From Phoronis australis (Eukaryota; Animalia; Phoronida): a DNA stretch of 64,000 nucleotides. The position numbers and the translations under genes were made by a program. Where the stretch lies: contig NMRA01000745.1 in assembly GCA_002633005.1 (NCBI GenBank), positions 64,158 through 128,157 on the forward strand, read 5' to 3'. Positions within the stretch are counted from its first letter, which is position 1, and every line of letters starts with the position of its first letter. Shown one piece after another: positions 61,893 to 64,000 of the stretch. The notes under the pieces are model-generated. The model had not been told where the DNA came from. It saw nothing but the letters and a program-made list of their open reading frames with translations, and made no database searches.

Positions 61893-62970
61893 TTGGGTAC
61901 AACCCACTGAAACGGAGGTTCACGGCTCCTAAGGCTCACTACTAGTCCAAAGGTTCACTACTTTGAAGGTTCGCTACTCCAAAGGTTACCCACTATAAAA
62001 ATCTATAAAGTTTCGTACTTAGTAACGGACTTAGGGGTGAGGGGCAAAAAGATCATGCCCCCCCTAAAATTCTTCCACATTCCATTTCGCAGTTCGAGGG
62101 TGCGAATATCTGACGGGCAAAATCCTGACTAATACTCTTCCCTGACACCCCTAACTTAAAATCCTGGATCTTCTCATGGCTTAGGTGTATGTTTTTTCTT
62201 TTAAATGCAAAAATAAATGACGCATCTGTTAATAGAAGCACTGAGTGATGTACCGAAAACAACGCCCTGGTACTAAAACACTTTGTTTGGATTTCATACT
62301 AATGCGAATGTCTTACGAGTACGGAAATGAGTACATACTTGCATTTTAAAAGATTATGAAGTAGGAATACTGATGAATTTTCAAGCACGATACATTCATC
62401 AAATTCATGTCAAGATCGTATCATTTCACGAGCGCGGCTGACTGAAAAGTTTTGGGTTGCTGCGCCTCAACCTTACCCACTAGAACCACGCACATGCACA
62501 GCTGGGCCGAAAGCATATAGTACTTAGGAGGCTACCGGATTCCCTGCCGGTGTTCACGAAGTCAGAGAGTTTCCATTAATAATTCTTACATTTAAATCCG
62601 CCGTGGGTCGACCAGATGCTGTCCCTGCTTGAGGATGAGTCGCTAGTTAGATTCAAGTTTGGCAGTGATTGGAACAGGGGTCATTTGCAAACAATGTAAT
62701 CAACGTTTTTAGAATTATTCAGTTCTTCCACACCCTTTAAATGGTTGCTTAATGGACACAAATACAATACTTTATTCAAGTCAGTTCCGACTCCTTAGCA
62801 GACAATCAGAGTAATGAACTTCGGAGCGCTGGTGTCAGAATATGTGGACATTCGAAGTATTGAACTTTCGAAAGTTGCAAATCTTCGGACTCGGAGTATA
62901 TAGTGAATCTGCGGACCGGGAGTAGTGGACCTTAATTGTAGTAAACCCTCGGAATAGTGACACGTAACCT
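61893..62970. mobile_element. Old non-autonomous element with inverted arrays of short subterminal repeats
   Basis: AGGTTCACTACTCC-like units at ~61915-61990 and their reverse complements (TCGGA.TAGTGAACC-like) at ~62810-62970. A family A MITE lies inside. Confidence 0.4.
62020..62178 (+). repeat. MITE family A copy
   Basis: Shares TGACGGGCAAAATCCTG.CTAATACTCT and AAAATCCTGGATC with the other copies. Confidence 0.7.
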
Positions 62971-63035
62971 TCGAAACCTTCTCCATCAAGTTTGTTACAT
63001 CCGTTAAGTGTCTGTAACACTGCTTGTGATAGAAG

Positions 63036-63292
63036 TATGGGTGCACCAAGCCTAAAAATGGGGGGCTCGAGTTTTTAAGAATGTGGACATTTATTAAGAT
63101 TCACGGGGTACGTCAGAGCTACGAATTGTGTATTCGCCGAATTTTGGTAGTTCCTGCCTTTTTAGTGATTGTTTGTCTGGTTTTCTACTTCTTCGGAGTT
63201 TTTGTTTCTCTGAAGCGGACCTTTTCCTCCACTTCCCAAATGGGGGAGGCTCGTTCAAGCCCCCAAGCTCCCCACCCTTGGATGCGCGCCTG
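63036..63292 (+). repeat. MITE family B copy
   Basis: GTGCACCAAGCCTAAAAATGGGGGGCTCGAG...TTGGATGCGCGCCTG. Confidence 0.7.
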
Positions 63293-64000
63293 ACATGAGC
63301 TCTGTTTTTTCACAAAAACTTAAACACTTATCAGCAACGATACTGCTCTTGAACTCCATGTTGTTTGCAGTAGCCTTAGACCAGCTACTATTTGAAAATT
63401 CCAGCTCAGAAATTTGAAAAGCTGACACATGGTTGCAACAAGGGGCAGACACCTTGCTAGTCTATTTTGAAGTCGCACACTCGTTCAACAATTCATGGTT
63501 TCAGCAGAGTCCTAGCTGTCCCAAAGCTGTTCTTTGCGAAACACAAAGTGATTCAGGAATGTGCCAAGAATTGATTCAGTACAATGACACTCGTGGCCAT
63601 TTGATTTGGCTTTCGTCAATTCCTAACTGCTGGCTGTGGGTTTTTGAGCCTTGCGTGGCCCTTGGTAATTGCCTATTACTTGCACACCCATCCAAGAATT
63701 AATGCTATCTAATGTAGTCAGTAGCAGTATACAAGTTAGCTAAGCCAGTAGGATAAAATCAGCTGACTGTCCTCTGGTGAATGTTATTTATGCCATAGAT
63801 ACGAATTTTGAAGGGGAAAAGTATAGACACAATATTTTCCTGGCAATTGATTAGCTGTTTATATCATTTTGCATTGACACCTGGTGGCTAACATATTAGT
63901 TGGGGTTATTTTTTTCCACCTTTTATATTAAAATTTCTATTAAACGTGCAAGTGTATTCTTGGGAACTTTTTTGAAATTGACTTTCGAACATCTGTAGAT

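Noticed and set aside
1-64000. Most short ORFs in the supplied six-frame track
   Set aside because: They use non-ATG starts, lack motifs, or are antisense or read-through shadows of real exons (e.g. 7137-7490, 38969-39160, 42399-42674, 53385-53591).

Overview
This is eukaryotic genomic DNA, intron-rich and AT-rich (roughly 35-40% GC by eye). It is most consistent with a marine invertebrate, plausibly a lophotrochozoan; the species cannot be fixed from this window. The supplied ORF track is mostly noise because the real genes are spliced. I reconstructed four GT-AG gene models by hand, all with consistent exon phases: (1) a secreted single-VWA-domain protein (minus, 6360-14754); (2) GKAP1 (plus, 16300-28224); (3) a ~354-codon, intron-containing gene for a C-terminal-barrel-only cobalamin-independent methionine synthase (MetE core)-like Zn enzyme of bacterial type (plus, ~33010-42623), with all Zn ligands present but an in-frame TAA; (4) a secreted PAN/apple-like plus unassigned-domain protein (minus, 46287-57286) whose fourth exon occurs twice. 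Mobile DNA includes a decayed AcademX transposon (TIRs, TGG TSD), a 5'-truncated RTE-X-like LINE (9-bp TSD), THAP relics, two MITE families and several foldback elements. The most notable signals are the MetE-core gene and about 30 TACATGTA palindromes. Comparing duplicated segments shows these arise as TA->TACATGTA insertions, matching Tc1/mariner excision footprints. All calls are by eye; no database searches were run.
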